Source: Thermoanaerobaculia bacterium (GTDB taxonomy: Bacteria; Acidobacteriota; Thermoanaerobaculia; UBA5066). From it: DNA of 64,000 nucleotides. Positions within the stretch are counted from its first letter, which is position 1; every line of letters starts with the position of its first letter. Shown piece by piece: positions 31,166 to 40,418 of the stretch. A program made the translations under genes and the position numbers. The stretch spans positions 32,001 to 96,000 of the forward strand of contig CAWFJJ010000028.1 in the NCBI GenBank assembly GCA_963816185.1, read 5' to 3'. Under the pieces are notes generated by a model, which saw nothing but the letters and a program-made list of their open reading frames with translations, did not search any database and was not told the origin of the DNA.

Positions 31166-31798
31166 ATCGGGACTCGAATCCTCCTTGCCGACGACCATGA
31201 AGTCGTTCGTCAGGGTGTCCGGGCGCTCCTCGAGAAGGAGGGATACGACGTCGTCGCCGAGGCCGGCGATGGGCGTGACGCGATCCGCCTGGCGCAGGAG
31301 CATCGGCCCGACGTCGCGCTGCTCGACCTGACGATGCCGGTTCTGAACGGGATCGAAGCCGGCCGGGCAATCCACGATGCGTGCCCGGACGTGAGGCTCG
31401 TCGCCCTCACCGAGCACACGGAGGACAGCTTCGTGCTCGACGCGCTCGAGGCCGGGTTTCGCGGCTACGTCTCCAAGCTGCAGGCGGTTACGGAGCTCGT
31501 CCGGGCGCTCGAGGAGGTGAATCGGGGCTCCGTCTTCCTGAGCCCCGGCCTCTCCGACGTCATCGTCGAGAGCTATCTCGGAAAGGTCCAGCCCCCGAAG
31601 GATTCCCTCACGCCGCGCGAAAGGGAAGTGCTGCAGCTCGTCGCGGAAAGCAAGACGACGAAGGACATCGCTCGCGTCCTCGGAATCGGGGTCAAAACGG
31701 TCGAATCGCACCGGACGAGGATCATGGCGAAGCTCGGGATCCACGAGACCGCCGGCCTCGTGAGATACGCGATTCGGCGCGGATTGATCAAAGCCTGA
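31166..31798 (+). CDS. NarL/FixJ-family response regulator (no canonical start; ATC at 31166 after GGAGG)
   Basis: ILLADDHEVVRQG, LLDLTMP, LTPREREVLQL, KTVESHR; in-frame TAA at 31124. Confidence 0.9.
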   Translation: MGTRILLADDHEVVRQGVRALLEKEGYDVVAEAGDGRDAIRLAQEHRPDVALLDLTMPVLNGIEAGRAIHDACPDVRLVALTEHTEDSFVLDALEAGFRGYVSKLQAVTELVRALEEVNRGSVFLSPGLSDVIVESYLGKVQPPKDSLTPREREVLQLVAESKTTKDIARVLGIGVKTVESHRTRIMAKLGIHETAGLVRYAIRRGLIKA

Positions 31799-31929
31799 GC
31801 GGACCCTAAGGGATTCTTCGTCTCTAAAGACGGGATTCGCCCCATGTTCGCGCGGCGTTCGAAGGCCTAGGTTTCCTTCGGCACCGGGTGACCCGGATCC
31901 AGCCACTGCCGAACGAAAAGGAGAACCTC

Positions 31930-32359
31930 ATGGAAACTGCGAAAGTCGACATCAGGAAACTTCAGCTTCTCAACGACCGCATCAATCAGTGCATCGATGC
32001 GTTGAATCAGGTTCGCGTCTCGGTACACGGGCTCTCCCATGCGTCCGTCGGCAACCCGGCAGGCGTGGGGGCTCCCCTCACGCAATCGCCCTTCGCCCAG
32101 ACGCCCTACGGCGCGGCCGCGTTCGGGGCCGGCTACTCGCCGGGCTTCATCCAGCAGCAGCCTCCAGCCGGGGTTCGCGCCCCAATACCCGGTCGGGATC
32201 GGCCAGGGCTTCAATCCCGTGCTCGGCCTGAGCCACACGACCCAGGAGGGCCTCGAGAACCGTCCCGTCTGGACGGACCCGCTGATGGCGGCGCGAATCG
32301 CCCAGACCTTCCCGTACCTTTACCTCTCGGTGTCGCCGGCTGTCGGAACGATCTACTAG
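31930..32359 (+). CDS. small protein: N-terminal amphipathic helix, Q/P/G/F/Y-rich middle, two GLSH motifs (apparent frameshift near 32162)
   Basis: SD AAGGAGA, ATG 31930; ORF 31888 frame joins ORF 32039 frame to give a coherent protein of about 143 aa. Confidence 0.7.
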
Positions 32360-32519
32360 TCCGTTTGAATCCAATCGGGTCAATCCGGCGCCGGGAGGAA
32401 GCGAATCAGTGCCAGGGGCGGGGCCGCCAGAGTGGCCCCGCCGCTTTCTCATGAAGACGCGAGACCGGACCACCGCGAGACAGAGCCGTTCGGTCCTCGC
32501 GAGCCGAAAAGGAGCGGGT

Positions 32520-33065
32520 ATGAACAAGAACGTGGAGACCCTTCCGAACACGGGAATCGACGAGACGATCGGACGCATCGAAGATCTCTACCAGAAGGTG
32601 ACGGGGACGGCCGTCCCGGCGGGCGATGCCCTCTACGCACCGATCCCGGCCGAGAGAGATCCCGCCGAGCACGTCGAGGAGCAGCTCAACCGCCTGCTCG
32701 GAATGCTGGGCGGCTGGGCGTCGCCGTCGAGCCCCGCGTGGGCTCCGCCGATCTCGATCTCGGAGAGCGAATCCGAGATCGTCGTCGACGCCGATCTTCC
32801 CGGAGTCGGCCGGGATCAGGTGTCCGTGACGGTGCATGGGAACGCGCTCGTCATCGCCGGTTCGCGCCTGGTCTCGCACAACAACGGGATGCTGTTCAGG
32901 CAGAACGAGCGGCCGCTCGGGCCGTTCCGCCGCGTCGTGATGATGCCGGGGATGCGCTCGGGCGAGCCGGTCGCGCAGATGAAGGACGGTGTCCTCGAGA
33001 TCCGCATCCAGAAGGACACCCAGGCGGTGAAGCCCCGTCAGATCGTCGTCAATCACGTTAATTGA
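32520..33065 (+). CDS. Hsp20/alpha-crystallin small heat-shock protein with N-terminal extension
   Basis: DLPGV, V.V.GN.L.I.G, ER..G.F.R, A.MKDGVLEIRI; SD AAGGAG. Confidence 0.88.
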   Translation: MNKNVETLPNTGIDETIGRIEDLYQKVTGTAVPAGDALYAPIPAERDPAEHVEEQLNRLLGMLGGWASPSSPAWAPPISISESESEIVVDADLPGVGRDQVSVTVHGNALVIAGSRLVSHNNGMLFRQNERPLGPFRRVVMMPGMRSGEPVAQMKDGVLEIRIQKDTQAVKPRQIVVNHVN

Positions 33066-33092
33066 TCGCACGGGTCCCGGGGCGGGGCGCCA

Positions 33093-35045
33093 GTAGCCGA
33101 GCCAGACGTCCTTTCCGAAGGCGTGCACGACGGCCTCGTCGAGATCGGAGACGAACGAGACGATCTCGCGGCTGACGTCGGCCGGAACGAGAGCGCTTCC
33201 TTCGAGCTCGCGGCGGTTCCCCGCGGGGAGGAGGATCTTCGCGAGGTTGCGGTTGTAGGCCCCCCTCACCTTGTACTCGGGCTCGCCGACGGGTTTCACG
33301 ACGAGGACGTCGTGCGCGTCGGCCACGAGGGCGCCCGTCGACGCGATCGTCTGCGGCACGGGCTTGTCGAGGAAAACGGAGAGGAAAGCCAGCGCCGACG
33401 GGAGGCCGGCGGAGAGGCCCCCGGAGGGCTCGTCCTCCTTCGTGACCTTGTACGTGTAGCCGTAGTCGAGAATGTCGCGCGTCGGCTCCGGCCATTTCGC
33501 GCGCGCGTATTCCCGCACCGAGAAAAACGTGTTGCGCACGGCCTGCGTCATCTCGGGCGTGAGATTCCCGAGGATCTCCTCGAGGAATCCCCCGCGGCCG
33601 CGCTCGGCGGGCCGCCGGGCGGCCCAGACCTCGTGCACGAGACCGCGCGGTTTGCCGGAAAGGTGATACACGGCAGCGGCGAGCACGCGTCCCACGGGAT
33701 GCCGCGCCCGTTCCGCGGCGTCCTCGAGGGCCGCGGCACGTTTCGCGCAGCGCTCCGAGTCCGCCGTTCGGCCGAAGATTCCGTGGAACGCCGCGAGCTG
33801 CCGCCAGAGGGACGACCGGAGCGGAGAAGCGTGGAGCGCTGCGTCGAGGCGCTCGAGCGTCGCGCGCGCCGTTTCGGGGCGGCTGAAATAATCCACGACC
33901 GCGCGCGAAGGCTTTTGACCGTGATGCTCCAGAAGCGCGCCGATGATACGGAGATCGCCCGGCGACTTCTGCAGGCTCGCCAGATAGAGCGGAATCGCTT
34001 TCTCGAAAGATCCCTCGAGAGCGGTGAGATCGCCGCGGTACATGAGGCCGAGCGCGTCCTCGTCGTTCCGCAGCAGCTCGGCGGCCCCTCGCCGGTCGTG
34101 GCGGAGGGCGAGTGAGATCGCCCGCTCCCGGGGGAGATCAGGCGCGGCCCGGTCCGCGTCCGGGAAGGTGACCGCGCCGAGCTTGTCGAGGGGGAGATAG
34201 TGTTGCGCGGCGGTCCGGACGACGTCGCCGAACGAGGGACGGTGCATCCGGCGCCGGAAGAGCTCGAGGAAGCGCCGCTCGTAGCCGGCGGCTACTTGCG
34301 TCCGCCCGAGGAGCCGGCAAAGGGACGTCAGGTGCCCCAGCACGGAGACCTTCTCGTAGCTCCTCTCGAAATGCTGGTAGACGTTGACGGCCTTTTCCAG
34401 GAGCTCCTTCGTTCCGATCCGCTCGTAGAGCCGCGCGAGAGCCAGCACGCGGTCGCTGTCGGTCTCGAATCCGCGGTCCTTGCCGAGGGATTCCAGGATG
34501 GAGCGGGCGGAATCGAGGTCGCCCGAGAGCTCGGCGATCCAGGCGTTCGCGAGGACGGCGAGCTTGTAGACGTCGACGTCCGTCGCGCGGTACTTGCGCG
34601 CGATCTCCTCGCAGCGCTTACGCGCCTCGTCCGGACGCTCCTCGAGGAAGAGCCGGAACGCCCTCTCGAGCTCCAGGAGCGCCGCGGGCTTTTTCCAGAA
34701 CTGGAACGGTCCGAGGGCCACGTAGTTTCCGGGGCCGCGCCCGCTTTCCCTCGCGAATTGGAGAAGGGAGCTCAAGTGGATCAGGGCTCCCTGCTCTCGC
34801 GGAGCCTTCTCGTGCACCTGCGTCCAGCAGGCGATCGCCTCGGAGAGCTCTCCGCGCATGTGCTTGATCTTTCCGAGGAGGTCGAGCGCCGTCAGATCCT
34901 CCGGGCGCTCCTCGAGAGCTCCCTCGACCTCAGCTTCCGCGTCGTAGAGCTCGCCGAGCTCGACGAGAATGCTGGCATGTCGAAGGCGGTCGTCCAGGGT
35001 GGTCGAGGTCGCGGGTTGCCCGGAAGCGGCGGCGTCGTTCGTCAC
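33093..35045 (-). CDS. TPR-repeat protein fused to a Lon-type (S16) Ser-Lys protease domain, no AAA+ module (3' end uncertain)
   Basis: N-terminal TPR-like helices; C-terminal PSGGLSAG...IASTG...KPVG..EYK..A....ILLP..N; GTG 35045 lies 7 nt after TACAAT. Confidence 0.75.
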
Positions 35046-35133
35046 GCGCCGCATTGTAGTGAGCGGAGAGCAAAATTCGAGGGACCACCGCCGGCCAGTC
35101 GGAGGCAAGCCTAGACCACGGCGACGACCTCGA

Positions 35134-36381
35134 TCATCTTGCCGGATCGGAGGGACGTGTGTGCCCCGGCAACAACGGTTCGAGCGCATCCGCCGCTGCC
35201 GCAGAGCCGCCTGCCGCACGAAACGCGTCGGCGATCCGCTCGGCGCCAGCCCGGCATGCGCGGGCGCCCGCCACCGCGGCGCGGAGCCGCGCCGGAGTGA
35301 GCTTCTTCGCCGGCAGGCGCGTCCCCGCGCTCGCGACCTCCACGTGACGGGCGACCTCGAGCTGGTCGCGGCCGAACGGAACCACGCAGACCGGAACCCC
35401 TGCGGCCAGCGCTTTCTGCGTAACGCCCATCCCGCCATGGCACACGACCGCGACAGCTCGCCGGAGGATCGGGCCGTGTGGCACGAACCGTTCGACGCGC
35501 GCGTCAGCGGGCGGCCGGAAACGAGAGGGATCCACGGCGGCGGTCGTCACGACGACGAAGACGTCTTCCCCGGCGAGCGCCTCGAGCGCCACCTCGACCA
35601 GGCGGCCGTCGTCCTGGAACTCGGTCGAGCAGGTCACGAGCACGAGTGGTTTCGTCACGCGCGAGAGCCATGCCGGCGGATCGCCGGGCGGGTCCCAGAA
35701 GCACGGCCCGACGGGCACGACGCTGGGCGGGCGCGCGGGGCACGCGTACTCGAACGGCTCGGCCGTGTAGTACAGGATCCGCGGCGCGGTGCGGCCCAGG
35801 TCCGTCATGTGCGAGAGCGGCGGCAGCCCCACCCGGGCACGGATCGAGTTCAGCGCGGGAAGGTTGCGGTTGACGACGCCGTGGACCAGCTTCGCCATCA
35901 CGGTGTCGCGCAGCCGGCCGAAGAGATCACGGCGCGGCGCCAGACCGGGACCGAACGGCGGCAGCCCCGGCAACCTCCGCGGAAGGAAATACGGCATGAA
36001 GAGCGCCCAGGGCAGGCCCGACCGCTCAGCCACCGCCGCGGCGCCCCAGCAATTGAAATCGACGAGAAGCAGGTCCGGGTGCTCCGTCGCGATCGCGCCC
36101 TCGAGATCCGGGATCTCGTGCCCGGCGCGGGCGACGAACACGCGCACGGCGCGGTCGAGGGCGGCCGCCGGCGATGAAGCGCTCCAGTCGTCGTGCGTCA
36201 CCGCCTCGATCGCCGCGTCGATGGGGCGTGTCCGCAGCCCGGTCGCGGTCATCCGCTCCACCTCGCCCGACAGCGTCATCAACGTGACGTCGTGACCCCG
36301 GTGCACCATCTCGAGGAGCACGGGCACGGTCGGATACAGGTGACCCCGCCCCGGCGACGTGTAGCAGAGTACCTTCGCCAT
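35134..36381 (-). CDS. GT1 (MGT/UDP-glycosyltransferase) family glycosyltransferase
   Basis: GRGHLYP, FVPHG, CHGGMG, PFGRDQ. Confidence 0.9.
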   Translation of the reverse strand: MAKVLCYTSPGRGHLYPTVPVLLEMVHRGHDVTLMTLSGEVERMTATGLRTRPIDAAIEAVTHDDWSASSPAAALDRAVRVFVARAGHEIPDLEGAIATEHPDLLLVDFNCWGAAAVAERSGLPWALFMPYFLPRRLPGLPPFGPGLAPRRDLFGRLRDTVMAKLVHGVVNRNLPALNSIRARVGLPPLSHMTDLGRTAPRILYYTAEPFEYACPARPPSVVPVGPCFWDPPGDPPAWLSRVTKPLVLVTCSTEFQDDGRLVEVALEALAGEDVFVVVTTAAVDPSRFRPPADARVERFVPHGPILRRAVAVVCHGGMGVTQKALAAGVPVCVVPFGRDQLEVARHVEVASAGTRLPAKKLTPARLRAAVAGARACRAGAERIADAFRAAGGSAAAADALEPLLPGHTRPSDPAR

Positions 36382-36980
36382 CACTTGCCTCCATACGCGC
36401 AGAGCGCGTCGATCATTCCGAGCACGACTTCCTCGGCGTCCGCGCGCGGCACGGCGAGATCGCGGCGCAGGAGCTTCCAGACGTACACGTCCGTGAGCGC
36501 GATCAGCTGCGTGCGCCGCCGGGAGCGCGCGCGCCCCCGGAAACGAACCAGCTCGGGTTCGAAGACCCGATCGACCCACTCGGCGTGCGTCCGGCGTCCT
36601 TCCCGCGCGATCGCGGCGATCTGGGGGATTCGCTCCTCCTGCTCGAGCAGGCGCATCACGGTCCGTCCCCAACGCTCGTAGTGGTCGAAGAGGTTCTTCA
36701 TCGCGGAGGCGGGATTCCGGACCGGCGAGGCGCCGCGTTGCGCCAGGATCTGCGCCCGTCCCTCTCGTACGGCGGCGACGAAGAGGCCTTCCTTCGAGCC
36801 GAACCGGCGTAGCACCGTCTGGACCGTGACTCCCGCGCGCGTCGCGGCCGCATGGACCGTGATCCGGTCGTATGGCCGCTCGGCGAAGAGCTCCTGCATC
36901 GCGTTCACGATCCGCCGGGCCGTCTCGGCCGCTGCGTCGGCGCGCGCGCGCATCCGGTAGGGTCGCCGCTTAGATTTCAT
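36381..36980 (-). CDS. TetR-family transcriptional regulator
   Basis: HTH AGVTVQTVLRRFGSKEGL. Confidence 0.9.
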   Translation of the reverse strand: MKSKRRPYRMRARADAAAETARRIVNAMQELFAERPYDRITVHAAATRAGVTVQTVLRRFGSKEGLFVAAVREGRAQILAQRGASPVRNPASAMKNLFDHYERWGRTVMRLLEQEERIPQIAAIAREGRRTHAEWVDRVFEPELVRFRGRARSRRRTQLIALTDVYVWKLLRRDLAVPRADAEEVVLGMIDALCAYGGK

Positions 36981-36996
36981 ATTAGTTATACTAATA
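36980..36996. promoter_or_regulatory. palindromic operator at the TetR start
   Basis: TATTAGT-TAT-ACTAATA perfect 7-3-7 inverted repeat overlapping the putative -10 and start. Confidence 0.7.
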
Positions 36997-37068
36997 CGAA
37001 TAGAAGCGAAGGTCGTGAACAACACGAGGGATAAGGCGACCGCACGCGGGCTGGCCTGGAGCTGAGGT

Positions 37069-37773
37069 TCAGTTCGCGACGCCGTCCTCTTGCAGGCGGT
37101 CCGCGAGAGCCGTGACCGTGCTCCGCGCGAGGTGACGGCTCATTGGAAACTCGGCGTCGCGGTTCGTGACGACGCCCTTCCAGATCTCGAGGTCGCCGTC
37201 GAGGGCCGTCAGGCTCGCGACGAAACGGGTTTGGATTTGCGTGGAGCCGGGGATTCCGAACCCGCCCTCGCCTGCGAGATCGGGGTAATGCTTCACGGCC
37301 ACCCCGTTCAGCCGGACGACGAGAAGGCCGTCGAAGCCCTCCTTCCGCGCCCGTTTGCGCAAGTCCACTTCGTCCAGGAGCGCCTTCACCTCCACGAGGC
37401 GCGGCCCCGACGGCCTACGGTTCCTCGCGTTCCAGAGGGCCTCGGCGGTTCCGCGCGACGCCGAGCGTCCGAGCCGGCGTTCGAGCGCTGCGATCTGAAT
37501 GGAAACGGAGTAGCCTGCCCCTTCGGCGAAGCTGTCGAGCGTGCCCTGCAGCGCCACCGTCTCGTACGACGCGGCCGGGTGCAGCGATGCGAGGCGAGCC
37601 ACGAGCGTGTCCTCTGCGACGCGGCGCGACGCGCCGGACAACTCGACGACGACGAGCGTGCGCGTGAAGGCGGGCGCGGGCTGCGGGAGGCGGGACCGGC
37701 TCTCTACGGAGATCGAGGAGCAGGCGGCCATGGTCAGCGTGGAGAGAGCCAAAAGGGCCGCAAAGAGCCTCAT
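37069..37773 (-). CDS. putative lipoprotein
   Basis: MRLFAALLALSTLTMAAC signal II; SD AAGGAGG. Confidence 0.7.
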   Translation of the reverse strand: MRLFAALLALSTLTMAACSSISVESRSRLPQPAPAFTRTLVVVELSGASRRVAEDTLVARLASLHPAASYETVALQGTLDSFAEGAGYSVSIQIAALERRLGRSASRGTAEALWNARNRRPSGPRLVEVKALLDEVDLRKRARKEGFDGLLVVRLNGVAVKHYPDLAGEGGFGIPGSTQIQTRFVASLTALDGDLEIWKGVVTNRDAEFPMSRHLARSTVTALADRLQEDGVAN

Positions 37774-37989
37774 GGCGACCTCCTTCTCCAAGAGAGTCTC
37801 CGAATTGAGACTACTCCCTCGGATAGTGCATTTCCCGCGCCAGGAAGAGGTGAGAGCCCCAGTCGGGTCCACGCGTCCGCGCGCTGGATGTCGCCACGAA
37901 CTCGTCCGCGAACTGCGGCGGGTCTTGCGCCCGCTTCCGTCGTCGGAGGCGTAGTGGCGAAAGCGGACTCGAAGAAGGCGAGTTAGAAA

Positions 37990-38066
37990 TGGTGGGCCCG
38001 ACAGGAATCGAACCTGCGACACGCGGTTTAGGAAACCGCTGCTCTATCCAACTGAGCTACGGGCCC
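37990..38066 (-). tRNA. tRNA-Arg(CCT)
   Basis: minus strand GGGCCCG...GCGGT-TTCCTAA-ACCGC...GGTTCGATTCC...CGGGCCC-A-CCA. Confidence 0.96.
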
Positions 38067-38092
38067 GGCCCTGGCGGGGAGTTGATTCTCGC

Positions 38093-38479
38093 ATGCCGTA
38101 TTCGACAGAATGGCTCCCGGTGAAGAGGAAGAAGCACGAGGTCCCGGACCCCGGAACGAAGGAACACCGCAGGGGAAGCCGGGCCAAGGCCGTGATCCCC
38201 ATCGGCGTTCGCGTGGGCGGGCGTCCTCTGACCGCGGGCTGCACGCTCAACGTGGGAGAGAGCGGGGCGCTGCTCATCTGTTCAGAGGACCTCGACGTCG
38301 GCACCGAGATGCAGGTCACGAACCTCAAGTCCGACGAGTTCTTCACCTGCCGCGTGGTGCGGCGCGCCGGCTTCCACGAATCGGGCCGGTTCGGGCTCGG
38401 AGTGGAGATCCTGAACCCGGACCGTGAAACGGCCGACGCCCTCTCGGCGGCCGAGCGGGACAAGAAGAAGAGACGCTAG
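38093..38479 (+). CDS. PilZ-domain protein (start uncertain)
   Basis: RRGSR (RxxxR) and NVGESG (D/NxSxxG-like) motifs. Confidence 0.7.
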   Translation: MPYSTEWLPVKRKKHEVPDPGTKEHRRGSRAKAVIPIGVRVGGRPLTAGCTLNVGESGALLICSEDLDVGTEMQVTNLKSDEFFTCRVVRRAGFHESGRFGLGVEILNPDRETADALSAAERDKKKRR

Positions 38480-38481
38480 CC

Positions 38482-38730
38482 TCACGCGGAGATCTGCCGC
38501 GGTGAGTCCGACTTCTCGGACTTGAGGTGAACGAGGTGGATCACCTTGCTCGCGCGCACCGCGGCCGTGGCGCCAAGCGGCAGGAAGTCGTCCTCCTGGC
38601 GTGCGACGTACTTCGCGAAGCCGTCCGTTACCTCCGTGACGTCGTCGAGCTCGTGGAACATCTCGAATTCGACCGGTTCCGGCAGACCTTCCACAATGAG
38701 CCGAAAGGTGTGCAGGTAGTTGTGTTCCAT
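38482..38730 (-). CDS. hypothetical protein
   Basis: SD GGAGG, ATG, typical codon usage. Confidence 0.6.
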   Translation of the reverse strand: MEHNYLHTFRLIVEGLPEPVEFEMFHELDDVTEVTDGFAKYVARQEDDFLPLGATAAVRASKVIHLVHLKSEKSDSPRQISA

Positions 38731-38795
38731 GTGGGGCCTCCGGCGTTGATTGTCGCGCAGGCCGCGATTCGGAGAGGCGTCGTATCGTTAGGCGC

Positions 38796-40418
38796 TTGAA
38801 AGAGGCTTCCGGTTCCCTTCGGATCCCCGTCCTTCTCGCCGCGGCGGCGGCTCTGATCTACATGGTCGCCGCGGTGGGGCGCGACTTCTGGGCGCCCGAC
38901 GAGCCTGATTTCGCCGAGCAGGTGCGCGAGATGCTCGAGCGAAAGAGCGTTCTCCTGCCGTATCAGAACGGAAAGCCGTACTCGGAGAAGCCGATCTTCT
39001 TCTACTGGGCGGTGGCGGCGACGACGCCGCTCTCCGGGGGCGACGTGAGGCCCTTCGCGACGCGCCTGCCGTCGGTTCTCGCCGGCGCGGCCCTCGTTTT
39101 TTGCGCCGCGGCTTTCGCGGGCAGGCGCGGGGGAGACCGCGAGGCCCTCGTCGCGGGCGCGGCGACCGCCGTCGCGCCGATCGTCTTCTGGCAGGGACAG
39201 TTCCTTCAGGTCGACGCTCTCTTTTCCTGTTTGCTGATGCTCAGTCTGGTTTCGGTGTTTTTCTTAGAAGGTGAAGAGAGGCACGGCACGCGCTGGCTCT
39301 GGGCGCTGCGTTTTTCGATCGCGCTCGCCGTGCTGACCAAGGGCCCGCTGGCGATCGTCTTGGTGGGATTGGTCGTCCTCTCCCGCTGCGCGATGGCCAG
39401 GTCCTTGCGGCTCCTTGGCCGTCTGCAACCCATTCGAAGCATCCTCGTCTTTCTTCTCCTCGTGGTCCCCTGGTACTACCTTGCGGCGCGCGCCGGCGGC
39501 CCGACGTACGCCTACGACCTCGTCGTGAATCAGAACTGGAACCGCTTTTTCCGGGCCTTCGACCACATCCAGCCGTGGTGGTTCTATCTCGAGAGCATCT
39601 GGAGCGACTTCTTCCCGTGGACGGCGCTCGCGCTCGGAGCGCCCTTCGTGCTCGCCCGCGCGGGCCTCCTTCGCGAGCGGCCGGAGCTGCGGTTCGCCGT
39701 GACCGCCGCCGCGGTGATCTTCGTGTTCCTCTCCGTTTCGCAGTCCAAGCAGGGCAAGTACCTGCTCCCCGCTTATCCGTTCGCGGCGGTTCTCGTGGCG
39801 GCGCTCGCGGCGGAAGCGGAACGCAAAGCCGCGACGGGCGGAGGCGGCCTGCTCCGGGCCGTGCGCGCCTGGATCGCGCTCGCCGCGATCGTCCTCTTCG
39901 TCGGGGCGATCGCGCTCGCACCGGCCGTGCACCGGTTCGCGGCCGAACAGGCAGGCCTCGTGCCGTTCGCCGCGATTCCGATCGGCCTCGGGGCCGCCGC
40001 GACGCTCGTCATCCTGGCCGGGCGGCGGCTTGAAATAGTCCCCGCGATGCTCGCTCTCGCCGCGACTCTCGCGGCGGGGGAGGTCGCGGCGGGCGCCGTG
40101 GTATTCCCGGCGATCGATACCCTGAAGACGGGAAGGCCCTTTTACGAGCGCCTGCGTCCGCTTGTTTCACACGGCGAGCCCCTCGCCTACTTCGGAGACA
40201 CGTACCGCTGCTATCCGATCCTCGTTCTCCGGCGGAAGACCGAGCACTTCAGGAGCGACGCCGCGCTCGCGGAATGGATCGAGAGAACCCCCGGAGCCCT
40301 CGTGCTCGTGGACGAGAGCGAGCGGAGGCACTGGAGGGACGGCCGTCTCTCGCGACTCGTCGTCCTGGACCGGCAGCGGGTGGGCGGCGACGAGGCGCTG
40401 CTCCTGGGACGGCCATGA
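38796..40418 (+). CDS. ArnT/PMT-like (GT-C) glycosyltransferase
   Basis: DEPDF, EKPIFFYW, RLPS, LTKGP, K.GKYLLP. Confidence 0.88.
   Translation: MKEASGSLRIPVLLAAAAALIYMVAAVGRDFWAPDEPDFAEQVREMLERKSVLLPYQNGKPYSEKPIFFYWAVAATTPLSGGDVRPFATRLPSVLAGAALVFCAAAFAGRRGGDREALVAGAATAVAPIVFWQGQFLQVDALFSCLLMLSLVSVFFLEGEERHGTRWLWALRFSIALAVLTKGPLAIVLVGLVVLSRCAMARSLRLLGRLQPIRSILVFLLLVVPWYYLAARAGGPTYAYDLVVNQNWNRFFRAFDHIQPWWFYLESIWSDFFPWTALALGAPFVLARAGLLRERPELRFAVTAAAVIFVFLSVSQSKQGKYLLPAYPFAAVLVAALAAEAERKAATGGGGLLRAVRAWIALAAIVLFVGAIALAPAVHRFAAEQAGLVPFAAIPIGLGAAATLVILAGRRLEIVPAMLALAATLAAGEVAAGAVVFPAIDTLKTGRPFYERLRPLVSHGEPLAYFGDTYRCYPILVLRRKTEHFRSDAALAEWIERTPGALVLVDESERRHWRDGRLSRLVVLDRQRVGGDEALLLGRP

Noticed and set aside
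37990-38066. Prophage or ICE integrated at tRNA-Arg
   Set aside because: No integrase, phage or conjugation genes and no visible att duplication.
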